Counted from the first letter of the stretch, positions 27,330 through 38,399 are shown. The stretch is DNA of 64,000 bases from Candidatus Campbellbacteria bacterium (GCA_028817035.1 JAPPQH010000010.1:11546-75545); one strand, 5' to 3'. Notes: generated by a model from the sequence alone, not told the origin. Made by a program: numbers and translations.

Positions 27330-29399
27330 TTAGGCGTTTGTGCTATACTGCCTCTCATGGATCATTGCGTCACCTATAATTTTTTCCACTTGCTCAATTT
27401 TTCCACTCAACTTAATACCCTTTACTTTTTCAATATGTCTCAAAAAGTCGTGGAGCATAATAGATTTAGAAAGCATTATGCTTGTCTGCTTATATAATTC
27501 TTCCCCTTTGGATAAATAAGATTGGTTATCTATTTGGTCAAGTAGAAATAAAGTTTCTTGCGAAAGACTCTCAACTATCTCTGTAATTCCCAACATACCT
27601 TCTGTATTGTAGAAAATCATATCTGCATTTGCATCAATTTTTTTATATAAGTCTCTATTGTGCCTCTTCTCCTTTTTGATATTGTTTATATAGGTCTTGT
27701 TGAACTCTTTGGCTTCTTCGTCTGTCTTTATGTCGCTTTCATACAACTTTGAGATGTAGTCAAAGAGTACTCTGCTTCTATGAGCCAGTCTTTGCTTGGA
27801 GAAGTGCGCATCTTCTTTTAGCTTCATCTTTTCCATTATAATTTCTTTACTATCGTTGAGGTCTGCAAGTTGTTCTACTGTTTCTTCATAGTTTATTTCA
27901 TCGTTTTCCATCATACCCTCCAGCTTTTTTATCTCTTTGATTTTTGCACCTAATTCCAATAAGTCTTCCTTGTCGTGTTGGTATGGAATTGAATTTATTT
28001 TTTCCTCTGCCTTTGCATATATTTTTTCTAATCTTTTGGATAACACAGACATCCCATCAATTGATTTTCCAGACAAAATACCTTCTGGCTGTCTCTCCAG
28101 TTTTTCATTATATCTATTTATCGCCCCACCAAGATTTTCTTTTATTTGTTTAGAAATAGGGAGTCCATTTGATATATAATCATTAATCACTTTTGATAGG
28201 TTTGGTGAAGATGCTTCATATTTTTCGGTTTTATTATTTTCTTTTAATAGACTTGCATATAAATCATCAAGTTTATCGCTAGTTGTCATAGCGCCTATGT
28301 CTAACATCATAATCTCTATTTTTTCTAACCTATAATTTTTATACTCTGAATCTTTTTCTTTTAACAGACTTGCCTGACAATCATACAATTTACTTAGTGT
28401 TGTGGCTTTTAATTCTTCCACTTGTTTTTCGGACATTTCTTCTAGAACGGAAAATGATAGCGGTGACAGTGAATCTATCACGATTTCATTAATTTTTTTC
28501 TCTGACATTTGCTTTATCATATCTTCCAATGCTGGAAGTGGTTCTGCCATATTAATCTTCTCCACACCAAAAAATGCCATTTTATCCGAAACATTTTTCG
28601 CAACCTCAGAATTTATAAGATCATAAAATTTCATTTTTGATTCATTTATCTTGTTCAAATCTTCTTGGCTTGGGTATGCCTCGCCAACGTCAAATGGAGA
28701 AACTGAGCCTTCACCCACATCTGTTTCTTCCCCTTCACCAGTCGGTGACACTTGTGGTGGTGCTTGTGGGGTCTTATCTTTCCCTTCACCGGTTGGTTGT
28801 GCTTGTGGATTTGTATCTCCAAGTCTGTTTGATGGGATTCTCAAAGAACCTTCGCCTAATCCTGTTGGCGGTGCTTGTGGTGGTGCTTGTGGGGTCTTAT
28901 CTTCCCCTTCACTGGTTGTTGGTGCTTGTGGGGTCCCATCTTCCTCTTCACCGGGAAGTATCAAAAAATCTTTGCCTAGTCCTGTTGGCGGTGCTTGTGG
29001 AATTGTCTTTTCAAGCTCATCTACTGTTGCTTTCTGTTTCGCTGCCTTTATTGCTTCCTGTCTCGCTTTATCTTTCTTTGCGCTTGCTATTATTATTTTT
29101 ATTACTCTTGGTGACATTCCTTTAAATAATGCTTCTAATTTATCCAATACCTCTGACTTTCTCATCAATTTAACCCTCGCCATATTTTCATTAGCCAACT
29201 TTTTCGCATCCACACATAGACCTTCAATTTTCCGACGAGTTTCTTTATCTTCAATAGTATCGGCAAGTTGAACTATTTCATTTAATTTTTCCAGTATTTT
29301 AAAATCAATCTGATCTGCTGATTCAATAAATCGCCTAAACACCTTCCACTGGACTCTTATATCTTCACCTTCTCTACTTTTATAAAATCTCTCATCCAT
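27330..29399 (-). CDS. hypothetical coiled-coil protein with Pro/Gln-rich TPQAPPTGLG/TPQAPPQAPPTGEG repeats
   Basis: 689 aa; low-complexity repeat block around residues 130-230; no TM; adjacent to ATPase gene. Confidence 0.5.
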   Translation of the reverse strand: MDERFYKSREGEDIRVQWKVFRRFIESADQIDFKILEKLNEIVQLADTIEDKETRRKIEGLCVDAKKLANENMARVKLMRKSEVLDKLEALFKGMSPRVIKIIIASAKKDKARQEAIKAAKQKATVDELEKTIPQAPPTGLGKDFLILPGEEEDGTPQAPTTSEGEDKTPQAPPQAPPTGLGEGSLRIPSNRLGDTNPQAQPTGEGKDKTPQAPPQVSPTGEGEETDVGEGSVSPFDVGEAYPSQEDLNKINESKMKFYDLINSEVAKNVSDKMAFFGVEKINMAEPLPALEDMIKQMSEKKINEIVIDSLSPLSFSVLEEMSEKQVEELKATTLSKLYDCQASLLKEKDSEYKNYRLEKIEIMMLDIGAMTTSDKLDDLYASLLKENNKTEKYEASSPNLSKVINDYISNGLPISKQIKENLGGAINRYNEKLERQPEGILSGKSIDGMSVLSKRLEKIYAKAEEKINSIPYQHDKEDLLELGAKIKEIKKLEGMMENDEINYEETVEQLADLNDSKEIIMEKMKLKEDAHFSKQRLAHRSRVLFDYISKLYESDIKTDEEAKEFNKTYINNIKKEKRHNRDLYKKIDANADMIFYNTEGMLGITEIVESLSQETLFLLDQIDNQSYLSKGEELYKQTSIMLSKSIMLHDFLRHIEKVKGIKLSGKIEQVEKIIGDAMIHERQYSTNA

Positions 29400-29410
29400 A
29401 ATTATATATA

Positions 29411-31801
29411 CTACATTTGTGTAATTTTTCTTATATTATCTTCAACCTCTTCTGATGGACTTCCATATCTTTCAAGTGATTTCATAACAATGAAATCGGC
29501 TATCTCCCTATCCCCTCTATCTACAAACTTAACATTCATAGAAAACGGTTTCTTGGGATGACCGCCAGAGAGAATGCGAACTGCGGCATTCAGATTTTTC
29601 ATTGATATGAGATCATAAGCAGAGAAGGATGGCTCCAGTTGTTTTTCAAGAATCTCGGCGTCCTCATTTCCTATCCTAAAACTCACTATTGTTCCGACAT
29701 TTCCAAAGACAGCACCTTTTATCTTGTCGGACAGTTGTTGGACATACTGGTGGGCTATCATCAGATTCAATCTATACTTTCTCGCCTCTGAAAGTATTGT
29801 TGATATGGTGTCGGTGGTGAAATTCTGAAACTCGTCAATATATAGATAAAAATCTTTTCTTGATTCTTCTGGGATATCTTCGCGAGCAAATGCAGCAAGT
29901 GTGAGTTTGTTTGTTATCATCATTCCGAGTAGGTGTTGATTTATTTCCCCTATACGACCTTTTGATAATTTTACCAGAAGAACATTACCTTCATCAATTA
30001 TTTTTCTAAAATCTATTGAGGAATACGGCTGTCCCATAATCGGACGGATGTAGTCATTTGCTATAAAAACATTGAATTTTGAGGTTATATATGGCGTTAT
30101 GTTGGAGAGTGATGCCTCACCTGTAACCACTGATGCCTCTTTCTCCCAAAAGTCAATGACGATGCCCGTCTTGGCAAGAGATATTTTTCTCCTACGGAAT
30201 TCTTCATCAACAAAAATACGCGGAAGTTCTATGAGTGTTGAGGGTCTTCCCTCTTCTGATTCCATAAGTAGCAACAGCGCGTTTCTCATGTATTGTTCAA
30301 ACATTGGACCCATTGTTTCTTCCGAAAAGAGTGATTTGAATATATTTAATATTTCGTTTACTATAAAAGTTTTTTCCTCTGGTCTTGAGTGGTCGTATTC
30401 GAGCATATTGAGAGCAAATGGTCTTTCCAAATTGTCGGGATTAAACAAAATTGTGTCTTCGCTTCTGTGCTCTGGTATTAGACTGGAAAGATCGTCTATC
30501 ATGTCACCTGCGGGATCAAGAACGCACACACCTCTTCCTTCATATATATCTTGAACCACCATACTTTTTATGAGACTTGTTTTACCTGTTCCTGTCTGTC
30601 CGATGGAATAAATATGTCTTCTTCTGTCTTCATGTGACAGTCGGATTTCTTTTGTTCCATCTTTGCCTACATATTCTCCAAGCAAAAGTCCTTCGGTTGG
30701 AAGATCGTGTGGTGGTGCAACTGTTTTGTTCTCTTCCCACTCAACAAGCCTGTGTCTATCTGTAAATGTGGGCAAGTGAAAGATACTTACCAACTCGGCA
30801 AGGTTCAGACGCATCCTTTTGCTTTCATCAAAAAGAGAGAAGGACAAGTCAGAAGCAAACTTAGATATATCTTTTGCCTTCTTTACCACAAACTCATTAT
30901 AATTTGTTCCTAAAAATTGACCGAAGCCGCTTGAAAGAACATCAAAAAGGCTCTCTGCGGCGTCTTCTGTTGTTGCAGATGCACACACCCTAACAACAAC
31001 ATCCAGTATCGGCTTTTCCACCTTTGCTTTCAATATTTCTACCTCATCCTGATTGACTTCTGGTTGCTGTGGTACCTCCCCTTTTTTCTTATCTTTAGCA
31101 CCAGAAAAAGAGGAAACGAGAGAATGAAAAGCATTTTCTGCCTTGATTGCTTTTTTCAAGGAAGAGCCCTTTGTTAATCTGCCCAATATACGATGGACTG
31201 TACTGCTGTTGCTTTTTGAACTTTGGCGGACAATTACTTGCATCATAAGACCTATGTTTTTTTGCGAAGCGCCTGTAAAAGTGTTTAGTATCGGAAGAAA
31301 GGTGTCTTTTTCAGTTAGTTTATATGTTCGTATTGGAATTGAGAAATGCTTTTTTGTTTCTACATACCCTCCAACTGCGTGCGATTTTTCACTAAAAATA
31401 GTGTAGTCATTTGTCTTTACCACTTTTGCTTCTGGAAATATTCCCTTTATTTGTTCTTCTGTAACATCTTCTTTATCTCTTGCAACTCTTATAAAAAATT
31501 GTAAAGATGGTTTTCCATAAGGAAGCGCCATTTCAAAAGCAAACACGCTGTTCACCGCAGCAAGTGCGTTGAATAACTGTTCGGATCTTGCAACCTCTTC
31601 TATTGGATTTTTTGTTTCTTTTTGTTTTTCATCCCTATATATAGATACAGAAAGAAGTGTCATCTGAAGAGATTGGGCAATCATCTTTTTTTTATTGATT
31701 TTGCGGATAAAAAATAAAAAAAGAATTATCAGACCAAGAATAATGGCAGACGCCCCCGCTATTATCAGAATTAGTATTGGATTTGAAAGAAGATTCAACA
31801 T
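29411..31801 (-). CDS. membrane-anchored AAA-like ATPase (DUF87; VirB4/TraD/HerA-like), putative DNA/protein translocation ATPase
   Basis: 796 aa; N-terminal TM; Walker A IYSIGQTGTGKTS, downstream VCVLDPAGD and Walker B-like LYIDEFQNF. Confidence 0.5.
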   Translation of the reverse strand: MLNLLSNPILILIIAGASAIILGLIILFLFFIRKINKKKMIAQSLQMTLLSVSIYRDEKQKETKNPIEEVARSEQLFNALAAVNSVFAFEMALPYGKPSLQFFIRVARDKEDVTEEQIKGIFPEAKVVKTNDYTIFSEKSHAVGGYVETKKHFSIPIRTYKLTEKDTFLPILNTFTGASQKNIGLMMQVIVRQSSKSNSSTVHRILGRLTKGSSLKKAIKAENAFHSLVSSFSGAKDKKKGEVPQQPEVNQDEVEILKAKVEKPILDVVVRVCASATTEDAAESLFDVLSSGFGQFLGTNYNEFVVKKAKDISKFASDLSFSLFDESKRMRLNLAELVSIFHLPTFTDRHRLVEWEENKTVAPPHDLPTEGLLLGEYVGKDGTKEIRLSHEDRRRHIYSIGQTGTGKTSLIKSMVVQDIYEGRGVCVLDPAGDMIDDLSSLIPEHRSEDTILFNPDNLERPFALNMLEYDHSRPEEKTFIVNEILNIFKSLFSEETMGPMFEQYMRNALLLLMESEEGRPSTLIELPRIFVDEEFRRRKISLAKTGIVIDFWEKEASVVTGEASLSNITPYITSKFNVFIANDYIRPIMGQPYSSIDFRKIIDEGNVLLVKLSKGRIGEINQHLLGMMITNKLTLAAFAREDIPEESRKDFYLYIDEFQNFTTDTISTILSEARKYRLNLMIAHQYVQQLSDKIKGAVFGNVGTIVSFRIGNEDAEILEKQLEPSFSAYDLISMKNLNAAVRILSGGHPKKPFSMNVKFVDRGDREIADFIVMKSLERYGSPSEEVEDNIRKITQM

Positions 31802-31802
31802 A

Positions 31803-32255
31803 TTACTTGTTTTTTTCTTTTATTATCCCCTTTTTGACAAAGTCATCATAAAGAAAATCTGCAACGACATCATGAAACGCATCAATAACAAAAGGGCTTT
31901 GTTTGTTCAGTTCTTTTATAAATTTTGCGCTTATTTTTTCATTGTTTAATAGGTCAAAAATCTTTTCAAGTTGTTTCGCGGTCTCGCCATCTATATCTTG
32001 TGTGTAGTGTTTTGAGTTTTGGTTGGTTACATTGTTATTCACAATAGGTAAAGATTTGCCTATCTGTTTATTTTTCCACGGATTCTCAATTTTTATTTTC
32101 TCAGATTCCAGAGTTTTTTCAATTTTTTCTTCTCCTATGGATTCCAAGTCAAGCTCTATATCCTTCTCTTCACCACCGAGTCGCTCCTCTAATCGCCCTA
32201 TCACCGAGTTTAGTATGTCCTGTTTTTCAAGGGATGCTTTATCGCTTTTTGCCAT
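31803..32255 (-). CDS. hypothetical acidic protein
   Basis: 150 aa; 2-nt gap to ATPase gene; no motif. Confidence 0.4.
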   Translation of the reverse strand: MAKSDKASLEKQDILNSVIGRLEERLGGEEKDIELDLESIGEEKIEKTLESEKIKIENPWKNKQIGKSLPIVNNNVTNQNSKHYTQDIDGETAKQLEKIFDLLNNEKISAKFIKELNKQSPFVIDAFHDVVADFLYDDFVKKGIIKEKNK

Positions 32256-32305
32256 TGCCTTAATTATAACAAATACAGGTAATATTTTAATAAAAAACTA
32301 TAAAA

Positions 32306-33259
32306 TTAAGTTGATTGTTCTGTTTCATCGGCCGCCTCTTCCTTTGTATTTATATGCCTAATGGTTCTATTTACAAGCGTTTTTACATCAATAAACCTCT
32401 TCTCCTTTGTTGAGCCAAGCACGGTGACTATGAAAGGGTTTGACACACCAGGGGCAAAGGAAAGCACGAGATTGCCGCCTGCCTGATCTGTAAATCCAGT
32501 CTTGGAGGAAAATAGGAAGGGTATGTCATCGGTGCTTATGTTTGTGTTCCTCGCCTTTTTGGGCAAACCGCCTATGGGAGATTTAACTATTTCTTTCTGT
32601 GATGTCGCCTCCGAAAGAGATGGGAATTCTTTTATAAAGATTTTCATTAAAATGGCGACTTCGTAGGCAGAACCATAACCTCCGGCTATCGCAGGGGTCA
32701 TATCAAGCCCTGTAGGGTTCAAAAACACGGTCTGAACAAAGCCAAGGTCGTTCGCCTTTTTGTTCATCAGTTCAACAAAAGATTTATACTCTCCGCTGTT
32801 CTGAAAAGATGCCTCCTCAGCGCTTCTTGCAATCGCGGAGACACCGTCATTTGATGAGACAACGAGAGAGTAAGCAGAAAGGTCTTCAAGGGTCCATTTT
32901 TCTCCCACGCGGAGATTGCTTTCACCTTCCACATCTGTATCTGATTTTTTAATAACTATTATTGAATCACTGGAAAGGTAGTCATAAGCGGTTATCACCG
33001 TCATCAATTTTGTTATGGAAGCAAGAGGCAGAGGCACTCTCTCATTTTTTCCATAAAGAACCATATCTTTATCAATATCATAAACAACAGCACCAAGACC
33101 TTCTATGTTTGGCACTTCAAGGGATGGTATTCTTTCTTCCTCTTCAGATTCAGCTAACACACCTTCTGTTGTGTTTCTTTCAAAGACAACAAAAAATAGA
33201 GAAGCGACAAACACCACTATCAATAACCCAACTGCGAGTATAAATATATTTTTTCTCAT
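32306..33259 (-). CDS. dacA: D-alanyl-D-alanine carboxypeptidase (peptidase S11, PBP5-like)
   Basis: 317 aa; N-terminal TM; SxxK (ASITKLMT), SxN (SSNDG), KTG (KTGFT) motifs. Confidence 0.8.
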   Translation of the reverse strand: MRKNIFILAVGLLIVVFVASLFFVVFERNTTEGVLAESEEEERIPSLEVPNIEGLGAVVYDIDKDMVLYGKNERVPLPLASITKLMTVITAYDYLSSDSIIVIKKSDTDVEGESNLRVGEKWTLEDLSAYSLVVSSNDGVSAIARSAEEASFQNSGEYKSFVELMNKKANDLGFVQTVFLNPTGLDMTPAIAGGYGSAYEVAILMKIFIKEFPSLSEATSQKEIVKSPIGGLPKKARNTNISTDDIPFLFSSKTGFTDQAGGNLVLSFAPGVSNPFIVTVLGSTKEKRFIDVKTLVNRTIRHINTKEEAADETEQST

Positions 33260-33262
33260 AAA

Positions 33263-33820
33263 TTATTCTTCTGATTTGTTCAAGCTCTCTTGTCTTTGAT
33301 TAAGTAATTCTTGCAATTTTGTTTTCACACTTTCGTATTCAGGAAGTTCTTCTTTGCTTTTTACACCAAGATGTGAGAGAGAGTTTATGCTCAATGTATA
33401 TTTTGGAGTCCTTTTGTCTTCTCCTGATTCTGCCCTTTCGATAAGACCTCTTATAAGAAGTTTTCTAACTATGAACTGCGAGTTAACCCCTCTTATGTAA
33501 TCAATGGTCGCACGCGATACCGGACCCATATAGGAAATGATAGCAAGAGTTTCGGCACCTGCGTTACCAATTTCACCTTTTAGTTGTTCTTTCCTATATT
33601 TTTCTATTATATCAGCGTTATTTTTACCAGTTACCAAGGCGATTTTACTACCACTATCCACAACAGAAATGCCCCTGTCTTCATATATTGCCTTTATTTC
33701 ACTTATTGCTTCTTCTAATTCTTCTTTTTTTATGCCAAGAATTTTTGAAACCTCATCGCGTGCCATTGGCTCACCAGTATAAAATAAAAGTGCTTCAAGT
33801 TGTTTTGTTATATTATTCAT
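33263..33820 (-). CDS. scpB: segregation and condensation protein B
   Basis: 185 aa; tandem winged-helix ScpB pattern (LEALLFYTGEPMARDEV..., LAIISYMGPVSRATIDYIRG). Confidence 0.85.
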   Translation of the reverse strand: MNNITKQLEALLFYTGEPMARDEVSKILGIKKEELEEAISEIKAIYEDRGISVVDSGSKIALVTGKNNADIIEKYRKEQLKGEIGNAGAETLAIISYMGPVSRATIDYIRGVNSQFIVRKLLIRGLIERAESGEDKRTPKYTLSINSLSHLGVKSKEELPEYESVKTKLQELLNQRQESLNKSEE

Positions 33821-34548
33821 AAAGATTTTGGAACCATACTTATTTCAACAAATAAATCATCCTGCGAGACCAACAGCATATCCTGTTTGACCAGTTCAAG
33901 AAGTGCGAGAAAAGAAACTACTGTGTCGTAACGATTCTTTCCTATCTCTGAAACAAAATCTGAAAATGTCGTCTGTTTGAGTGTGGTTGTAATGCGCTCT
34001 GTTATTTCTTTCATCACTTCTTCAAGTGTTACTGTTGCACGAACAACTTTCTTTGGCAGTTCTTCTTTAACGGTATACTCTTTGTTGGACATGCCATAAA
34101 CTGCACTTAACATTTGATTACTGCTCACAAAACTGTCGGGAAAAAACACAACAGTTGCATCTCTCATTTTTTTTCTTTCTAATGGATAAAGAAAATTTGA
34201 GTCATAATCAGCAGAGATCTGTTTTGCAATCTTTTTTATATGAGAATATATTTTAAGACGCCTTTCCAACTCACTGACATTCTCCTCCTCTTCCTGAGTA
34301 AGTTCAAAGAGAGGAAGAAGTGAACGGGCTTTTATCAGCATCAATGTTGCTATTATTACTGATGTTTCTGCTACCTCATTTGCTGGAAACGGCTGTATTG
34401 TCTTTATTTTTTCAAGGTATGTAGATGCAACTTCTGACAATGAAACCCTATCTATAGAGAGTTTTTTCTCTACCACCATATCGTACAGCATTGGCAATGG
34501 ACCTTTAAATGCTGTTGTATTCACGCTGTAATCAGTATTTATTGTCAT
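33817..34548 (-). CDS. scpA: segregation and condensation protein A
   Basis: 243 aa; kleisin ScpA; 4-nt overlap with scpB. Confidence 0.8.
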   Translation of the reverse strand: MTINTDYSVNTTAFKGPLPMLYDMVVEKKLSIDRVSLSEVASTYLEKIKTIQPFPANEVAETSVIIATLMLIKARSLLPLFELTQEEEENVSELERRLKIYSHIKKIAKQISADYDSNFLYPLERKKMRDATVVFFPDSFVSSNQMLSAVYGMSNKEYTVKEELPKKVVRATVTLEEVMKEITERITTTLKQTTFSDFVSEIGKNRYDTVVSFLALLELVKQDMLLVSQDDLFVEISMVPKSL

Positions 34549-35870
34549 ATATCCTTTAATGGTTTATCTATACGACCCATATCTCTTGGAAATAAGCTTG
34601 CTTCCTTTACATTTTGTATGCCAAGCAGTGCTGCTGTTATCCTTTCAAGTCCAAGACCGGCGCCCCCATGTGGAGGCATTCCATATTTAAACGCTTGTAA
34701 GTAAAAAGAAAAGTTTTCAATATTTAGATTGCGTTTCTTTATGTTTTCTTTTAGTTGTTCGTATGAGTGTATTCGTTGACCGCCAGTTGCAATTTCTTTT
34801 CCACGAAACAATAGATCAAAACTTTTTGTAAGCCCTTTTGCGTTTTCATCTTCGTATGTATACATAGGTCTTTTACTGATTGGATAATGTGTAACAAATA
34901 TAACATCTGACTTATATTCTTTTTTGGAAAACTCACAGAGTATTCTTTCATGTGATGGATCAAGGTCCGATGCACCAACACATTTTTCATCGGACTCCTT
35001 CTCAACTATCTCCTGCGCCTCTTTCAGCGTTACCAAAGGAAAGGTCTCTTTAGGAAGCAATACTTTTGGAACATCAAATTTCTCAACATATTCATTACAA
35101 ACATTTTCAATGTTGGACACTGCTTGTCTTATAAAACCTTCCGCGTGTTTCATTACATCTTTATGATCATCAATGAAACCAAGTTCAAAGTCTAAACTTG
35201 TGTATTCATTAAGATGGCGGGTTGTGCTGTGCTTCTCTGCCCTATAGACATTTCCTATGGTAAAGACTCTTTCAAACACACCGACCATTATCTGTTTGTA
35301 GAGTTGCGGACTTGTTGCAAGACACGCTTCATAACCGAAGTATTGTGTTTTGAATACGCCTGCACCACCCTCTGCATCATCACCGACTAATTTTGGCGAT
35401 TGAAATTCAACAAAATCATTTTTATTAAAATATTCTCTGAAAGCGTTAACAACACACTCCTGAATCATAAAAATTGCCATTTGGTTTTTGGATCTCAGAG
35501 TTATGGGTCTGTTATCAAGAAGTGTGTCTATATTTAGGTTTGTATTCAAATCAAATGGCAATTCTTCTGCTTGAGATATAACATTTATGGACTCAATAGA
35601 TATCTCCACATCTTCCTCATCGCGCTTCTCTTTTGACGGTCTTTCAGTTGCAGTCCCAGTTATTTCAACTATACTTTCTGGGTTTAATGATTTCGCAACA
35701 CCGCAAAGATTTTCATTTTTTGCCACACACTGAACAGTGCCACTTCTATCACGCAATACTACAAAAACCACTTTACTGTGGTCGCGAACTTTTTGAACCC
35801 ATCCTAAACAACGGATTGTATTGCCTATATTTTTCTTTATGTCTTTTATAACAGTTCTTTCCATCATCAT
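34545..35870 (-). CDS. aspS: aspartate--tRNA ligase (class IIb, archaeal/type-2 compact form)
   Basis: 441 aa; N-terminal OB fold; motif 3 region GMPPHGGAGLGLERI; size matches non-discriminating type-2 AspRS (AsnRS not excluded). Confidence 0.65.
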   Translation of the reverse strand: MMMERTVIKDIKKNIGNTIRCLGWVQKVRDHSKVVFVVLRDRSGTVQCVAKNENLCGVAKSLNPESIVEITGTATERPSKEKRDEEDVEISIESINVISQAEELPFDLNTNLNIDTLLDNRPITLRSKNQMAIFMIQECVVNAFREYFNKNDFVEFQSPKLVGDDAEGGAGVFKTQYFGYEACLATSPQLYKQIMVGVFERVFTIGNVYRAEKHSTTRHLNEYTSLDFELGFIDDHKDVMKHAEGFIRQAVSNIENVCNEYVEKFDVPKVLLPKETFPLVTLKEAQEIVEKESDEKCVGASDLDPSHERILCEFSKKEYKSDVIFVTHYPISKRPMYTYEDENAKGLTKSFDLLFRGKEIATGGQRIHSYEQLKENIKKRNLNIENFSFYLQAFKYGMPPHGGAGLGLERITAALLGIQNVKEASLFPRDMGRIDKPLKDI

Positions 35871-35886
35871 TTATTATAAATCTTTA

Positions 35887-36870
35887 TCAGAGGATTCCAA
35901 CAGTTTTTTTGATTTGTTTGAGAATTTCTGTTATTTTGCTCCTTGCCTGTGAAGTTCCTTTCTCAAGAATTTCTGACACAAGTTGTGGATTGTCCTCATA
36001 TTCTTTACGCTTTTTTTCAAAAGGAGCAAAATAAGAGATTATACTATCAACGAGTATTTCTTTGGATTCTTTGTAATTTATTTTTCCACTTTTATATCTG
36101 TCCTCAATGTCTGAAAGTGCATCTTTGCTGAATATGGTGTGATAATTAAAGACAGTGCAATTTGACGGATCAAGTGGCTCCCCTTCTTTTTTAGAGTCAG
36201 TTACTATACCCATTACAGCTTTTTTTATATCATCTTTACCGACAAATAAAGGTATTGTGTTTTTGTATGATTTGCTCATCTTTCTTCCATCCGTTCCGAC
36301 AACTTCTTCCATATCACAAAAATGCCCTTTTGGTATTTTCAAAAGTTCACATTTATAATTGCTGTTAAACTTTCTTGCTATTTCCCTTGTAAGTTCTAAA
36401 TGTTGTTTTTGATCTTTACCAACAGGCACAACATCAGCAGATACAGACAATATGTCTGATGCCATAAGCAATGGATATGCAAACAAACCAAACATAAGCT
36501 CCTTCTTACTGGACTTTGCCGCTTTGTAGGCATGACCCAAGGATAAAGTCGGAACCGTTATGAAATTGGAGAGAATCCACATTATCTCTGATATTTCTGG
36601 TATTTCTGATTGCTTATATATATAAGTTTCATCTGGATTAACACCAAGTGCGAGAGAGTCCAAGACTATATCATTAATGAAGTCATTAAATTTTTTTGAA
36701 TCTTTTTGTATTTCATTTGAGGTTATGGCGTGTAAATCTGCGATAAAAAAATATGACTCATATGTGTTTTGTAATTCTACAAACTGATGAAATGCGCCAA
36801 AATAATTTCCTATGTGTAACCTACCTGTCGGTTGAATTCCTGTTACTAATGTTTTTGTTTTGTTTGTCAT
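35887..36870 (-). CDS. trpS: tryptophan--tRNA ligase
   Basis: 327 aa; TGIQPTGRLHIGNYFGA (HIGH-like) and KMSKS (GRKMSKSYKNTI). Confidence 0.85.
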   Translation of the reverse strand: MTNKTKTLVTGIQPTGRLHIGNYFGAFHQFVELQNTYESYFFIADLHAITSNEIQKDSKKFNDFINDIVLDSLALGVNPDETYIYKQSEIPEISEIMWILSNFITVPTLSLGHAYKAAKSSKKELMFGLFAYPLLMASDILSVSADVVPVGKDQKQHLELTREIARKFNSNYKCELLKIPKGHFCDMEEVVGTDGRKMSKSYKNTIPLFVGKDDIKKAVMGIVTDSKKEGEPLDPSNCTVFNYHTIFSKDALSDIEDRYKSGKINYKESKEILVDSIISYFAPFEKKRKEYEDNPQLVSEILEKGTSQARSKITEILKQIKKTVGIL

Positions 36871-36871
36871 A

Positions 36872-37342
36872 TTAACGAGTTGCGAGATAAACTAATACAA
36901 GGGGGATGAGTTGTTGGTAAAAATTGTATGGCTTGCCGAATATAGTGTCTATTATATCAGAAGTTTCAAAAACATTATTCAGACCGATTGTGTTGTAAAC
37001 AACAAGGGCAACCAGTATTCCAAAACTTATCCCTAACAATACTGCTTCCCAAAATGCTACATTTACTTCACCCAGAGAATCTGAAATTATTTGATGCACA
37101 ACCATAAACGAAAATACATAAAATATCAAAAACAAAAGAAGTGCTTCATAATTAACCCAAGATTCTGGCAAAAAGTTTTCAAAAGGAGTGAGCGGATATA
37201 ATATGAGCGCAGGATAAAAAGATATTATGAGTGCAAGTGTTAACTCCTTACGCATCACTGCGAACACAGAACCAACTATAACCAACAAAATAAAAGAGAG
37301 AAGGTCATAGGGTATGAATAGACTTCCAATTGTTACACCCAT
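36872..37342 (-). CDS. hypothetical membrane protein
   Basis: 156 aa; 4-5 TM; 1-nt gap to trpS. Confidence 0.4.
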   Translation of the reverse strand: MGVTIGSLFIPYDLLSFILLVIVGSVFAVMRKELTLALIISFYPALILYPLTPFENFLPESWVNYEALLLFLIFYVFSFMVVHQIISDSLGEVNVAFWEAVLLGISFGILVALVVYNTIGLNNVFETSDIIDTIFGKPYNFYQQLIPLVLVYLATR

Positions 37343-37349
37343 AAAAGTA

Positions 37350-38396
37350 TTATACCCCTTCCCCTTTCAAATCTTCTATTAAGCGTTTTGCTTTTGTAGA
37401 AAGTTTTTGTGGCATACTCAAAGATACTTCTATCATTACATTCTTATATATACCTTCTTTGAGCGGTATGCCCCCTATGCGTATCCTAAATCGCTCTCCA
37501 TGTGTGGCTCCTGGTGGGACTTTTATACTAAGCGGTTTTTTGTTGAGTGTCTGAATGGAGTAAGAGCCGCCAAGAAGGGCATCTGTTATCTTTACGGGAA
37601 GCCTGTATATAAGTGTCTGTCCTTCACGAAACCAATTTTTGTCTTGAATTATATGGATTTTTACATATAAATCACCCGATATGCCCTTGCTCACAGCCTC
37701 ACCAAAGCCGTTCATACGGATGACATTACTGTCTTCAATGCCCGATGGTATCACGATATTAATTGATTCTGTCATACGGCTGACCCCTTCACCAAGACAT
37801 TTTTTGCATTTTACTTTTGGAATTTTACCAGAACCCAAACATATCTCACATGTGACTGTTGCGCTTATAGATCCAAATATTGTCCTACGACTTTCATTTA
37901 TAGAACCATTGCCCCCACACTTCGTGCAAGTTATTTCTTCTGAACCTGCTTCTCCTCCAGAGCCACCACACGCACCACACTTTGTTCTATGTGTTAATTC
38001 TATTTTTCTCTCCACTCCATACACAGCCTCAGCAAGTGTTATCTCTATATCAACCGCTATGTCTGCGCCTCTACTCTTTCTTCTTGATCCGCCAAAAAAT
38101 GTTTCAAAAATGTTGCTAAAGTCAGCCGTGTTTCTAAAAGAAGAAAAGTCAAAATCATTTGCTCCGCCTTGAAAACCAGACGAGAAAGACATTCCGTATG
38201 TGTCATACTCAGCGCGTTTTTTATCATTAGACAAAACATTATACGCTTCACTTATATCTTTAAAAGATGCCTCATCCCCTCCTTTGTCGGGATGATGTTT
38301 GTGTGCGAGTTTCCTAAATGCTTTTTTTATCTCTTCTTTTGTCGCGTTTTTTGAGACGCCAAGTATTTTGTAATAATCTTTCTTTGACATATACAA
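37350..38396 (-). CDS. dnaJ: chaperone DnaJ
   Basis: 348 aa; J domain with HPD (KHHPDKG), four CxxCxGxG repeats ([32 protein letters not shown]). Confidence 0.9.
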   Translation of the reverse strand: MYMSKKDYYKILGVSKNATKEEIKKAFRKLAHKHHPDKGGDEASFKDISEAYNVLSNDKKRAEYDTYGMSFSSGFQGGANDFDFSSFRNTADFSNIFETFFGGSRRKSRGADIAVDIEITLAEAVYGVERKIELTHRTKCGACGGSGGEAGSEEITCTKCGGNGSINESRRTIFGSISATVTCEICLGSGKIPKVKCKKCLGEGVSRMTESINIVIPSGIEDSNVIRMNGFGEAVSKGISGDLYVKIHIIQDKNWFREGQTLIYRLPVKITDALLGGSYSIQTLNKKPLSIKVPPGATHGERFRIRIGGIPLKEGIYKNVMIEVSLSMPQKLSTKAKRLIEDLKGEGV

Positions 38397-38399
38397 TGG

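Noticed and set aside
28402-29271. Plus-strand ORFs 28402..28626, 28637..29125, 28651..29271
   Set aside because: Antisense to the Pro/Gln-repeat protein; the repeat periodicity creates long spurious frames.
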